A DNA stretch of 44,586 nt, taken from contig JAAFHO010000001.1 of the NCBI GenBank assembly GCA_013297575.1, positions 1 through 44,586 of the forward strand. Reading direction: 5' to 3'. The notes below the pieces were generated by a model. It worked only from the letters and a program-made list of their open reading frames with translations, was not told the origin of the DNA and did no database searches. Both the position numbers and the translations under genes were made by a program. Of this stretch, positions 10,448 through 20,363 are shown piece after piece. The stretch's first letter is position 1; each line of letters opens with the position of its first letter. Source of the DNA: Chitinophagales bacterium (GTDB lineage: Bacteria; Bacteroidota; Bacteroidia; Chitinophagales; Saprospiraceae).

Positions 10448-12301
10448 ATGGAAAGAACACTCTTTTTTGCCCTGTTCGGATTGCTTTTTACAGCAACAGT
10501 AACGGCACAACCCGACCGTTGGCAACAGCGCGTCAAATATGTGATGGACATCAATATGGATGTCAAAGCGCATCAGTACCAAGGCTCCATGCAATTGGAA
10601 TACACCAATAATAGCCCTGATACTTTAGACAAAGTCTTTTATCATTTGTATTTTAATGCTTTCCAGCCGGGAAGCATGATGGATGTGCGTTCGCGTACCA
10701 TTTCGGATGCTGATTCTAGGGTAGCCGATCGTATTTCCAAATTAAAACCGGATGAGCAAGGCTATATCAACGTAAAAACGTTGACGATGGAAGGTATCAA
10801 ATGTACGTTTGAAACCAATGAAACGATTTTGGAAGTTACCTTACCCAATGCCATATTACCCGGCAAAACTGTTCGATTCGATATGGTTTGGGATGCACAA
10901 GTTCCAATCCAAATTCGCCGTTCAGGGCGCGACAATAAGGAAGGCGTTGATTATTCTATGGCACAATGGTATCCTAAAATGTGCGAATACGATTACCAAG
11001 GCTGGCATTCCAATCCTTATGTTGCACGTGAATTTTACGGTATTTGGGGCGATTTTGATGTCACGATTCATATCGACAAAAAATACGTGGTAGCAGCGGG
11101 AGGATACCTCCAAAACCCACAAGAAATTGGTTATGGTTATGAATCTGCTGGTTCTACTGCCCAACAACCAGCAGGTAATTTACTTCATTATCATTTTTTA
11201 GCACCCAATGTTCATGATTTTGTGTGGGCAGCCGACACCGAGTATAAACAAGCCGCTATCAAGGCAGAGGATGGTAGTACTATGCGCTTTTTCTGGCTTT
11301 CTGGCAAGCCGTACGAAGAGCAATGGCTCAAACTCCCTGCCATAATGAGTCGTGCGCGTACACACATGAACAACAAATGTGGTAAATATCCCTATAAAGA
11401 ATACGCTTTTATCCAAGGTGGTGATGGAGGTATGGAGTACCCCATGGCTACGCTTATTACTGGCAATAGATCCCTCAACAGCCTTGTGGGTGTGGCCGTT
11501 CACGAACAACTCCACACTTGGTATCAAATGATATTGGGTACCAACGAGTCGCTTTATGGTTGGATGGATGAAGGTTTTACCTCCTGGGCAGAATCTTATG
11601 TTGAAAACGAACTTGCACGAGAAGGATTAATGGGCAACAAAAAAGCGGAAGAACAATATTGGGAAGGTAATTTAAAAGGTTATACGGCCTTGGCTACCAG
11701 CGGCAAAGAAGAACCGCTCACCGTACACGCAGATCACTTTAAGACCAATTACGGCTATTCTTTGGCCGTTTATGTAAAAGGATGCGTGTTTTTGACCCAA
11801 ATGGAGTATATTATTGGTAAGTCTTCCTTTGATAAGAGTATGTTGCGGTATTTCAATACTTGGAAATTTAAACACCCCAATACGAATGATTTGATTCGTA
11901 TTTTTGAAAAAGAAAGTGGTCTCGAACTTGACTGGTACAAAGAAGACTGGGTAAATACCACAAATACTATTGATTATGCCGTAAAATCGGTTGAAAAAGA
12001 AGACCGCAAAACAACAAAAGTGACCATCACACAATCAGATGTATTTGCAATGCCTTTGGATATTGTAGTAACATATAACAATGGTGACAAAGAACTATTT
12101 TATATCCCGTTAGAATCTATGCGGGGCGCAAAACCGGCAGAAAACAATATGGAACGCACCGTTTTGCCAGATCACCGTTGGGTGGATATGGAGTTTTCAT
12201 TTGAAATACCAGAAAAAATGAAAAAGGTAGCAAAAGTTGAAATTGACCCAACAAAACGCTTAGCAGATATTGATTATAGCAATAATTCTTGGGAACAATA
12301 G
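10448..12301 (+). CDS. M1-family zinc metallopeptidase, secreted
   Basis: Contains a GGMEYPM exopeptidase-like motif, the HEQLHTWY zinc motif and a downstream E (WMDEGF). The signal peptide MERTLFFALFGLLFTATVTAQ gives the start at 10448. Confidence 0.85.
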   Translation: MERTLFFALFGLLFTATVTAQPDRWQQRVKYVMDINMDVKAHQYQGSMQLEYTNNSPDTLDKVFYHLYFNAFQPGSMMDVRSRTISDADSRVADRISKLKPDEQGYINVKTLTMEGIKCTFETNETILEVTLPNAILPGKTVRFDMVWDAQVPIQIRRSGRDNKEGVDYSMAQWYPKMCEYDYQGWHSNPYVAREFYGIWGDFDVTIHIDKKYVVAAGGYLQNPQEIGYGYESAGSTAQQPAGNLLHYHFLAPNVHDFVWAADTEYKQAAIKAEDGSTMRFFWLSGKPYEEQWLKLPAIMSRARTHMNNKCGKYPYKEYAFIQGGDGGMEYPMATLITGNRSLNSLVGVAVHEQLHTWYQMILGTNESLYGWMDEGFTSWAESYVENELAREGLMGNKKAEEQYWEGNLKGYTALATSGKEEPLTVHADHFKTNYGYSLAVYVKGCVFLTQMEYIIGKSSFDKSMLRYFNTWKFKHPNTNDLIRIFEKESGLELDWYKEDWVNTTNTIDYAVKSVEKEDRKTTKVTITQSDVFAMPLDIVVTYNNGDKELFYIPLESMRGAKPAENNMERTVLPDHRWVDMEFSFEIPEKMKKVAKVEIDPTKRLADIDYSNNSWEQ

Positions 12302-12334
12302 TCAGAAAAAACGTGTACTAGAAAAACTGAAAAA

Positions 12335-12360
12335 GCCATCCCGCAATTAAGTGGGATGGC
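12335..12360 (+). terminator. hairpin downstream of the M1 peptidase gene (weak terminator)
   Basis: gccatccc / gggatggc 8-bp stem with no clear U-tract. The right arm, aagtgggatggcc, recurs at 12405-12418. Confidence 0.3.
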
Positions 12361-12471
12361 CTATCAAAATGGTGCAATTTGTTTTTCAAAGTTAGGCTAA
12401 AAAATAAGTGGGATGGCCGCTCTCAATGTAGAGAGAAGGCTTTGGATCAAACAATCAGTTTTGGTCATGCG

Positions 12472-12776
12472 GATTAAAAGAAATCAGTTGATGATATTGT
12501 GCATGGGATTAAACAAAAATAACTAGTTTTTGAACTGGAGGCGGGATTAAAAAAAAGACAATCAGTTTTGAGCAATACAGATTTAAAAAAATCGGTTTTT
12601 GATCTGTATCAATGGATTAAAAAAGACAATCAATTATGAGTAATACAAATTAAAAAATCGGTTTTTGATCTGTATCAATGGATTAAAAAAAAGACAATCA
12701 GTTTTGAGCAATACAGATTAAAAAAAATCGGTTTTTGATCTGTATAAAAGTGGATTAAAAGAATCGGAGTATGGGC
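12472..12776. repeat. degenerate tandem repeat array (about 35-bp sub-period; three long units of 66-72 bp)
   Basis: GGATTAAAA seeds occur at 12472, 12506, 12544, 12614, 12680 and 12752. The units 12544-12613, 12614-12679 and 12680-12751 are near-identical, and each contains an atacagat...atctgtat inverted repeat. Confidence 0.85.
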
Positions 12777-15662
12777 TTAATGTACGAGTAATTTCCCGGC
12801 AGCGATCGGCTTACCATCGGCAGCAAGCCGATAGAAAAGTAATCCGGCTGGTAATTGGTCTCTGTACAATTGGAATGTGGCATTGGTGTGTATGCGATTA
12901 AAAACCAAGCGACCTTGAGCATCTACTATCTCCAATAGATAGGAATTTGCTAAAACGCCTGTTACCTCAAAAGTGGTGCTTTCCACGAATGGATTGGGAT
13001 AGACCCGCAGATCAGCACCTGGGAAGTAAATTTCTTTCGATTGTACTGATACTTCCAAAAAGGAATCACATACAGTGTGGAAGGTTTCATTGGTTAAAAT
13101 AGATTCGTTAAAATCGAATCCGATAGCAGCGGTGTTTAGTATTTCGGAACCGCATGGCACGTTCGGTTTTTGGGAAACACGGAACTTGACATACCCTTCA
13201 CTATTGCTGCTACCGGTCGGACCTAGATTAATGTTCGTTAAAGTGAACTGAACAATTCCGTCACCATACACCGAATAAGTGTAAGGGTGGCTCGCGGTGC
13301 CCGGCCTCACGGACGCGGGATCTAGCCAAGGAGATAAGGTGTCCCTGACGAATACTTGGTGAACAGAATCTGTACCGGTGTTTTGGAATCGGATTAAATA
13401 ATCTATATCAGTTTGGGGTTTGATATAGTGTGGATCTTTGTAACCCTTGGGATGGCCTCTCTTTAAAAAATCAGGATTAAAATCAGTTTCGTAAGTTTCT
13501 TGGCAATCAGAAGCCGTAAATGGCTCTGCGTCATCTTCGGGGAATACCGTGTAAAAACCCGTTGTTGTATTCGTAGTTGTATCGGTTTTGCATCCTTCTA
13601 TGGCAGCAGTTGGAATACTCATGCCCGGATAACCGTTGGTTTGCTCTGCTATGATGCGGTATGTTTTACCAGTGGCGGCAATATCATAAACCAGTGTATC
13701 CTCACCTGGGAATAGGGAATCTATGATTCCAATTTCATTATTTGGAGGAATAACCCTCAATACAATCAGGTCTTCAATAATAACATACCCTAACTCATTA
13801 CCATTAACGCCTGTCCCTCTATTAGTCAAAGAAAGTTTGACACGGCCATTTTTACATTTAGCACTGGCCTCAATAATAGCACCATCCCAGCCAGTTACAC
13901 CGCAAAAAGCATCAGGCGTAATGAAGGCACGCATACAATGCGCAGAAGTGAGTGCTACATCGCAATCCAAAAAGGCATCAATTGTAAAATCACCGCAATT
14001 ACCTGCCAATACCAAACCAATATCAAAAATCAAGGAATCGCCTTGTACTGTATAAGGCTTAGAAGCCGAAACAATAGAAAAATCGGGAGACTTTACGACA
14101 ACTACTTTGGTGTTTTGGGAGGCACTGGTGCCAGAGTTACAATAGCGTACAGTATAGGTATTATTGGTACAACGACGTAAGATAGGCGTTTGAATATCCA
14201 CTTCGTTGTAAGGACAAATTTGTTCTCTCCTGATACCTATATTTGTTCTAATGGTGTCGTAAAAGCCCAAAACAGGTACTGTAATACTGCTTTGACAAGG
14301 AGACCAATAGCCATTGGGTGGATAGACTTTTATATCGTAAATACCGCTGTCCACCATTAAAAAATAGTCTCCATTTGGCTGTGTGGCTGTATAACGGGTA
14401 AAATCGGGACTAGAAACCTTAATCAACCAGTTTTTTAACGGTGCTTCATTAGACTGAAGTTCACAGTCATTATTAAGATCATTAAAAATATTGCCCGATA
14501 TATAATTGGTAAACAAATTGCCATCTGCATCTGTCTTAACCATATAGGCATAGCGAGGTGGCTGCAAAGGGCTGGTAGATGTAGACGCATAACCTACTGC
14601 AACAAAACCACCATCTGCGGCACGGCTTACAGCATAACCTTCTGTTAGCCCTGATTTTTTAGCAGAATTCTCCCATACCAGCACCCCCATATCATCCAAT
14701 CGGGCAATATAAGTACTAGATTCTATATCTGCTATCTCAGGCGTGCGGCCAGTAACAACGTAACCACTTTTACCATCAGATTCAATATCATTTAAAACGG
14801 ATGCCTTATTAATAAAGTCCTGAGTTTGTATCCACAATGGTACTGCATCGCCATTGCCTGATATTTTCATTACCAATCCTCTAGAATTCGGATCCCCACC
14901 AGGTAAAATTACATACCCAGCAACTATAAAATCACCATTTTTAGCTCTTGTAATACCCGTACCCTCCTCTTCTCCAATCGGGCTGATCGCATATACTTGC
15001 TCCCAAATTACATCACCTGAACCTGGATTTATTCGGACAACATAAATATCTTTTTGGTTCGGAATCTTACGCCGATAACCAGTTACTACAATATCGCCAT
15101 TTTCGGCTATTACAACATCGCTACCTTTCTCTTCAAAATCTGGAAGGCCAAAAGTTTTAGCCCAAATCAATGTACCATCAGCAGCCGTTTTTACGACCCT
15201 CATTTGTTCTGGACTGTCGCTGTAACCTACTAAAACAACAGAACCATCCGATAATAAAGCAAGATCATTAAATTCATCTACGCCATTTACCCCTAATGAT
15301 TTATTCCAAATTAAATTACCGCTAAAATCGGTTTTGACAAGCATCCCATTTCTTCCTGTTCCTGTTCCTTGCCATCCTGTAATATAATAACTCGTATCCG
15401 GAGCCACTTCTATGGCGAGTGCCTGTGCTGGAGCCGAAACAATATTGATCTTATTCCATTGTAAAAAGCCATCTACATCTACTTTAATCAGGTTCAGATT
15501 ATTGCCGTTGTAGAAACCTGCCAAAATATAACCTCCATCTGGTGTGATTTCCACATCAAATGCTTCATCTTGTCCTCCACCAGAGTAAATACGCTCCCAA
15601 CCCTGTCCGATCAACAGATGGGCAGAGAGTAAAAAAGCAAATGATAAAATATACTTTGACAT
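12777..15662 (-). CDS. large secreted protein with beta-propeller-like repeats and a T9SS type-A (Por) C-terminal sorting domain
   Basis: The signal peptide MSKYILSFAFLLSAHLLIGQ gives the start at 15662. DGG(Y/F)(I/V)xxGY-type repeats recur. The C-terminus LRVYPNPF...LEIVDAQGRLV...GLLFYRL...GKLLVH matches the type-A CTD. Confidence 0.85.
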   Translation of the reverse strand: MSKYILSFAFLLSAHLLIGQGWERIYSGGGQDEAFDVEITPDGGYILAGFYNGNNLNLIKVDVDGFLQWNKINIVSAPAQALAIEVAPDTSYYITGWQGTGTGRNGMLVKTDFSGNLIWNKSLGVNGVDEFNDLALLSDGSVVLVGYSDSPEQMRVVKTAADGTLIWAKTFGLPDFEEKGSDVVIAENGDIVVTGYRRKIPNQKDIYVVRINPGSGDVIWEQVYAISPIGEEEGTGITRAKNGDFIVAGYVILPGGDPNSRGLVMKISGNGDAVPLWIQTQDFINKASVLNDIESDGKSGYVVTGRTPEIADIESSTYIARLDDMGVLVWENSAKKSGLTEGYAVSRAADGGFVAVGYASTSTSPLQPPRYAYMVKTDADGNLFTNYISGNIFNDLNNDCELQSNEAPLKNWLIKVSSPDFTRYTATQPNGDYFLMVDSGIYDIKVYPPNGYWSPCQSSITVPVLGFYDTIRTNIGIRREQICPYNEVDIQTPILRRCTNNTYTVRYCNSGTSASQNTKVVVVKSPDFSIVSASKPYTVQGDSLIFDIGLVLAGNCGDFTIDAFLDCDVALTSAHCMRAFITPDAFCGVTGWDGAIIEASAKCKNGRVKLSLTNRGTGVNGNELGYVIIEDLIVLRVIPPNNEIGIIDSLFPGEDTLVYDIAATGKTYRIIAEQTNGYPGMSIPTAAIEGCKTDTTTNTTTGFYTVFPEDDAEPFTASDCQETYETDFNPDFLKRGHPKGYKDPHYIKPQTDIDYLIRFQNTGTDSVHQVFVRDTLSPWLDPASVRPGTASHPYTYSVYGDGIVQFTLTNINLGPTGSSNSEGYVKFRVSQKPNVPCGSEILNTAAIGFDFNESILTNETFHTVCDSFLEVSVQSKEIYFPGADLRVYPNPFVESTTFEVTGVLANSYLLEIVDAQGRLVFNRIHTNATFQLYRDQLPAGLLFYRLAADGKPIAAGKLLVH

Positions 15663-15886
15663 GAGATAATGGATAAATAAGTTTTCTTTGACGATACAAA
15701 AGTGCGGCAAGACTTTTTGGTACTGAAAGGCAATTTTTGTCATTTGTTGAAATAAATTTATTACAGATTTTGAAAAGAATGGAGACAAAATTAATAAATA
15801 TTGTTAATTTTCGCAAAAATTATACTTATTTGACGAATAATAGCGTTTAAAGGTTGGGTATTTGACAATAATTTGTTGAATAGAAT

Positions 15887-15894
15887 TACCTTTG
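15887..15894 (+). promoter_or_regulatory. -7 promoter box (TAccTTTG)
   Basis: Exact TAnnTTTG match, 26 nt upstream of the ATG at 15921. Confidence 0.45.
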
Positions 15895-15920
15895 CCCGTA
15901 GGAAAAAATAAATCTAAACT

Positions 15921-17330
15921 ATGCAAAAAAGTGTTTTAAGTGAGGTTATCTTATCTCTAAACGACAAAGAGATAAGAGAACTCCATAAATGGCTGAACTC
16001 TCCGGCGCATAATCACCGCGAAGATGCGGTTGATTTATTTGACTTCTTGGTAAAAAGTAAAAATCTGCCGGATAAAGAAGTAATTTGGAAGGCTATTTTC
16101 CCCAAAGAGCCTTTCGATGATGCCTTTTTAAGACAAGTGATGTATTTCTTGCTTAAAGCGATTGAAGATTATTTGGTTTTTAAAGAGTACAAAAAAGAGC
16201 CCGTTCGCCCCGTACTTTCACTGGCCAGCATTTATCGTCGGAGGCATTTAGATAAACCTTACCGCCAAGCCTTAGAAACAGCGAAGAGAAAACTTACAGA
16301 AACTCCTTTTAGAAATAGCGAATACCATTTTGACAAATTTAATGTAGAGCAGGAGCAATATTTCTACTCAGCAGCGGCAAAATCGGTAGGAGATATGAAC
16401 CTACAATTGGTATCTAATGAATTAGATATGGCTTTTGTGGCCAACAAACTCCGAATTGCATGCCGTATGCTTTCGCATCAAACAATTGACAAAAAAGCAA
16501 CGTACGATATTGGTCTTTTAGAACCTATGCTAAAAATGGCAGAAGAAAAAAGTATGCTCGATGAAGTAGGGGTTGCTGTTTATTATTACGGCTATCGTGC
16601 TATTACGGACAGGAACGAACCCGCCCATTTCGAAAACTTAACGCGTATATTAAATGAGCATAGCGCTTCCTTTCCTAAAGCAGAACTAAGGGAACTTTAC
16701 TTATTGTCTATTAACTACTGTGTCAGCAGGATCAATATCGGTCAAGAAATTTTCTTTTCTAAGGCATTTGATCTCTACAAAAAAGGTTTTGATTTAGAAG
16801 TATTAGTAGATGAACAGGATACAGTGTCCAAGTTTATCTTTACTAACACAGTATATTCAGCAATAAAAACAAAAAATTACGAATGGGCAGAACGTTTTAT
16901 TGAAAAATTTAGCAGCCGTTTAGAGGACAAACACCGCCATAGCACCGTTCAGTTTAACTTATCACGCCTATATTATGAACGGAGTGATTACGATAAAGCA
17001 CAAATCCTTCTGAGAGAATTTGAATACGATGACATGCTGATGAATGTAGTCGCAAAAATTATGTTGCTCAAAATTTACTATAAAACAGGTGAGTACGACG
17101 CTTTGGAGTCGCTCATTGAGGCTGTCCGCTCTTACCTACAAAGAAAAGAGGTGATGAGTCAAAGTCACAAAAATGTATTCAAGAACATCATCATGCTGAT
17201 GAAAAAATTATTACACCTCAATACCTACTCCAAACCACAGGTAGAGAAGTTTAGAAAAGCAGTAATGGAAACAAATCCGATCCAAGAACAAGAAAGGGAA
17301 TGGTTTTTGCAGCAGATAAATGGGAAATAG
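15921..17330 (+). CDS. conserved hypothetical all-helical (TPR-like) protein
   Basis: 469-aa ORF with good coding appearance and helical-repeat character. No catalytic motif was recognised. Confidence 0.7.
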   Translation: MQKSVLSEVILSLNDKEIRELHKWLNSPAHNHREDAVDLFDFLVKSKNLPDKEVIWKAIFPKEPFDDAFLRQVMYFLLKAIEDYLVFKEYKKEPVRPVLSLASIYRRRHLDKPYRQALETAKRKLTETPFRNSEYHFDKFNVEQEQYFYSAAAKSVGDMNLQLVSNELDMAFVANKLRIACRMLSHQTIDKKATYDIGLLEPMLKMAEEKSMLDEVGVAVYYYGYRAITDRNEPAHFENLTRILNEHSASFPKAELRELYLLSINYCVSRINIGQEIFFSKAFDLYKKGFDLEVLVDEQDTVSKFIFTNTVYSAIKTKNYEWAERFIEKFSSRLEDKHRHSTVQFNLSRLYYERSDYDKAQILLREFEYDDMLMNVVAKIMLLKIYYKTGEYDALESLIEAVRSYLQRKEVMSQSHKNVFKNIIMLMKKLLHLNTYSKPQVEKFRKAVMETNPIQEQEREWFLQQINGK

Positions 17331-17455
17331 GCAGACGAGGGAAAACCTAGATATAGAACATACCGCAAAACAAATTGAGTATGTATATTTTTCAGTAAAT
17401 CTTCGTCATTTTAAAAACAATTACCGCCTAGTTCAGAAATATCGAACAACATGAT

Positions 17456-17463
17456 TACCTTTG
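17456..17463 (+). promoter_or_regulatory. -7 promoter box (TAccTTTG)
   Basis: Exact TAnnTTTG match, 27 nt upstream of the deoC GTG start. Confidence 0.45.
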
Positions 17464-17490
17464 CATTTCAAAACAATTGAATAGATTTAC

Positions 17491-18141
17491 GTGGAGCAAA
17501 TTCAACAATATTTAGAATACACCATACTAAAGGCAGATACCTCCATCTCTGATGTGAGAAAACTTTGTGAAGTTGCGGTAGAGCATCACTTTGCAGGTGT
17601 TTGCGTGCCGCCATTATTTGTACGTGAAGCCAAACGTATAGTCGGTGATGATGGCAAAATAAAAGTAGCAACTGTAGTAGGTTTCCCAATGGGATACTCT
17701 GCATTGGCTGCAAAAACAGAAGAAATTAAACGAGCCATCGATGAAGGTGCCGATGAAATAGACGGTGTCGTCAATATTGCCGCCATAAAAAGCAATAACT
17801 GGAACCACGTCGAAAATGATATCGAAGGAATGGCTTTGGCTACCAATATGCGTGGAAAATGGCTAAAACTGATATTGGAAATGGGGCTTTTAACCACGGA
17901 GGAAATCCAGCGCGTTGCAGACCAAGCCATTAAATCAAGGGTAAAATTTCTTAAAACAGGAACAGGTATGCACGGCTTTGATGCGACACCAGAAATGGTA
18001 GCGCTGTTGAAAAAAATTGCAGATCCATCTTTGAAAATCAAGGCTTCGGGCGGTATAAAAACCCATGCACAAGCAGTAGCCCTTATTAAGGCCGGAGCAG
18101 ATCGCATTGGAAGTTCCGCAGGATTAGATTTGTTGAAATAA
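17491..18141 (+). CDS. deoC: deoxyribose-phosphate aldolase
   Basis: 216 aa matching the DeoC pattern (TILKADTS, VCVPP, VATVVGFPMG, LKLILE, VKFLKTGTG, KASGGI). GTG start. Confidence 0.9.
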   Translation: MEQIQQYLEYTILKADTSISDVRKLCEVAVEHHFAGVCVPPLFVREAKRIVGDDGKIKVATVVGFPMGYSALAAKTEEIKRAIDEGADEIDGVVNIAAIKSNNWNHVENDIEGMALATNMRGKWLKLILEMGLLTTEEIQRVADQAIKSRVKFLKTGTGMHGFDATPEMVALLKKIADPSLKIKASGGIKTHAQAVALIKAGADRIGSSAGLDLLK

Positions 18142-18161
18142 TTTACTTTTAGCCTATTTAT

Positions 18162-18569
18162 ATGCCCTTTTACCGATTTTTTACTGCTGTTTGCCTGCTC
18201 TTTTGTACCTTTTGTGGTATATTTGCACAAGAGATACAGATCAATGAAGGCCCTAAAGTAGCTGACATCATGAGTGTATGGACTACTTTTAACCAAAAAA
18301 ACCAGAAAATAGAGGGCTGGCGCGTGCAAGTACTCTCTACCACCGACCGACAACAGGTAGAGGCAGCAAGGGCTAAAGTTGCATTAGAGTTTCCTGATCA
18401 ATATGTTGATTGGATCAACGAAAAGCCTTATTACAAGTTACGGGTTGGGGCATGCCGTACCCGCACAGAGGCACTCGGTTTGGTCTCCATTTTAAAAGAT
18501 TTCTATCCCAACGCATATCCAGCGAAAGAATCTAATATTCATCCACGCGATTTTTTGAGTAAGCAATGA
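18162..18569 (+). CDS. SPOR domain-containing protein
   Basis: Signal/anchor N-terminus. The C-terminal SPOR-like segment reads GWRVQVLSTTDRQQVEAARAKV...YYKLRVGACRTRTEA. Confidence 0.7.
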   Translation: MPFYRFFTAVCLLFCTFCGIFAQEIQINEGPKVADIMSVWTTFNQKNQKIEGWRVQVLSTTDRQQVEAARAKVALEFPDQYVDWINEKPYYKLRVGACRTRTEALGLVSILKDFYPNAYPAKESNIHPRDFLSKQ

Positions 18570-18642
18570 GCATTTCCAAAATGCATCCTCCACCATTCAG
18601 ATCAAGGACATAGACCGCCAGGCACTAAGTCTTTTTATTGCT

Positions 18643-20049
18643 TTGGTGAGTTGCGGTTGGCTGATGATCTATGCAGTCAATCGCGATCCAAATGATCCAT
18701 ACTCATTTATTTCATTAAGCACAGTTCAAGGCAAACAACTATTTTTCATTGTAGTTTGCATGGTACTTATGTTTGTCATAATGATGGTAGATTGGGTCAT
18801 TTGGCGCACTTTTGCTTTTGTAATTTATCTCATTTCCTTGGTGCTGATGTTTGGCACTATATTTTTGGGTCGGGAAATCAATGGTGCTCTTGCGTGGTAT
18901 TCGATAGGAGGTTTTACCATTCAACCCAGCGAAATTGGTAAATTTGGCACATGTTTGGCCATGGCTGCTTACTTGAGTAGTACGGGTGCAAATATGAAAA
19001 ACCTAAAAAGCCGCCTCACCGCCTTTTCTATCTTTTTGCTCCCTGTCTTAATTATTCTTTTGCAAAAAGATACGGGATCGGCACTTGTTTTTTTCTCTTT
19101 TATGTTGGTGCTATACCGCGAAGGGCTTGCTCCTAGTTGGTATGTACTTGGATTTGGAACCGCTTTTTTGGTCATATTAGGGCTTATTTTTGATCCACCG
19201 TATGTTGTAGCGCATTTATTTATGTTTGTTAGTGCGGCATTAATCATGAGATTTAAGCAATATACTAATATTTGGTGGGGTGCTTGGTGTGTTGTATTGC
19301 CTTCTATATGGTATTGGCAACCTTTGCTTAAATGGCTCATGGCTACTGCCGATAACTCCAGCGTCGTTTTACCATCCAATATTGATTTATGGGTAATAGC
19401 CGCGCCTTTAGTATTATTTATAGCCACTTTTTTGCCCAATTACCTGCGAAAAAACAATGTTATTCAAACACAATTACAGTTTTGGGGTATATTATTGGTA
19501 CTATCCAGCATATTGGTGTTTACCGCTAATTTTGCTTGCTACAAAATCCTTGCACCACACCAACAAATAAGGATCAAAATTTGGTTACGCCCGTGGGAAA
19601 TCACAGATACACGTGGCGCAGCATATAACCTACTCCATTCAAAAATGGCAATTGGATCTGGTGGATTAACCGGAAAAGGGCTATTTGAAGGCAATATGAC
19701 AAAGTTGAAATTCGTACCAGAACAAAGTACGGATTTTATATTTTGTACCGTTGGAGAAGAACACGGGTTTGCGGGTACATTTGCTGTTATTGCCCTATTT
19801 GCATGGCTACTAGTTCGGTTAACGGTCATGGCAGAGCGACAACGGAGTCCATTTTCTAGGCTGTATATTTATGGTGTAACAGGCGTTCTTTTTGTACACT
19901 TTATCGTCAATATTGGTATGACGATGGGCTTATTCCCAATTATCGGAATTCCGTTGCCATTTATTAGTGCTGGAGGATCGTCTTTAATTGGCTTTACGCT
20001 CATGCTGGGACTGGCCTTAAAATTAGATTTACACCGTTTCCAAGCATAG
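18643..20049 (+). CDS. rodA: rod shape-determining protein RodA (SEDS family); 5' end uncertain or frameshifted
   Basis: FtsW/RodA motifs are present (QPSEIGK, LQKDTGSAL, PEQSTDFIF, EEHGF, PLPFISAGGSS). The frame is open from 18559 with no ATG/GTG before the TTG at 18643. An ATG at 18566 in another frame overlaps the upstream stop. Confidence 0.85.
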   Translation: MVSCGWLMIYAVNRDPNDPYSFISLSTVQGKQLFFIVVCMVLMFVIMMVDWVIWRTFAFVIYLISLVLMFGTIFLGREINGALAWYSIGGFTIQPSEIGKFGTCLAMAAYLSSTGANMKNLKSRLTAFSIFLLPVLIILLQKDTGSALVFFSFMLVLYREGLAPSWYVLGFGTAFLVILGLIFDPPYVVAHLFMFVSAALIMRFKQYTNIWWGAWCVVLPSIWYWQPLLKWLMATADNSSVVLPSNIDLWVIAAPLVLFIATFLPNYLRKNNVIQTQLQFWGILLVLSSILVFTANFACYKILAPHQQIRIKIWLRPWEITDTRGAAYNLLHSKMAIGSGGLTGKGLFEGNMTKLKFVPEQSTDFIFCTVGEEHGFAGTFAVIALFAWLLVRLTVMAERQRSPFSRLYIYGVTGVLFVHFIVNIGMTMGLFPIIGIPLPFISAGGSSLIGFTLMLGLALKLDLHRFQA

Positions 20050-20079
20050 ATTACCGACAAAACGACCATATTATTCTAT

Positions 20080-20343
20080 ATGCTTTACCGCTTATTTAGT
20101 GCCGCCAACTCAGCCACTTCTTTGGAAGAACTGCTCGATCTTACTTTTACAGAAAGTGAACGCGCAAAAATAATTGAACGTTGGCGGATTTATGACGCTT
20201 GCGATCGCGGTTTATCACAACGCGAGATAGCCAAAGAAGTACCCTGTAGCATAGTAACTGCAACACGAGGTGCCAAGAACTTTAGGGAAAACAAAGAAAC
20301 CATTCGTAGGTTTCTCATTGCTTTTCGGGCTGAGGAACTGTAA
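20080..20343 (+). CDS. TrpR-like YerC/YecD-family helix-turn-helix protein
   Basis: 87 aa matching the pattern LTFTESERAKIIERWRI...GLSQREIAKEVPCSIVTATRGAKNF typical of Trp-repressor-related proteins. Confidence 0.65.
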   Translation: MLYRLFSAANSATSLEELLDLTFTESERAKIIERWRIYDACDRGLSQREIAKEVPCSIVTATRGAKNFRENKETIRRFLIAFRAEEL

Positions 20344-20363
20344 TTAAGTATTTGGACACATAA

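Noticed and set aside
12472-12776. Possible CRISPR array, given regularly spaced GGATTAAAA-containing repeats
   Set aside because: The sequence between the seeds is itself repeated from unit to unit, so there are no unique spacers. The units are A/T-rich and degenerate, and no cas genes are nearby. It is a tandem repeat, not a CRISPR array.
17586-18353. 255-aa minus-strand ORF opposite deoC and the SPOR gene
   Set aside because: It is an antisense shadow ORF of well-supported genes, with a Ser/Ala/Pro-rich low-complexity translation. The same reasoning applies to 18969-19439, 23545-24342, 30488-30862, 42196-42669 and the other internal antisense ORFs in the track.
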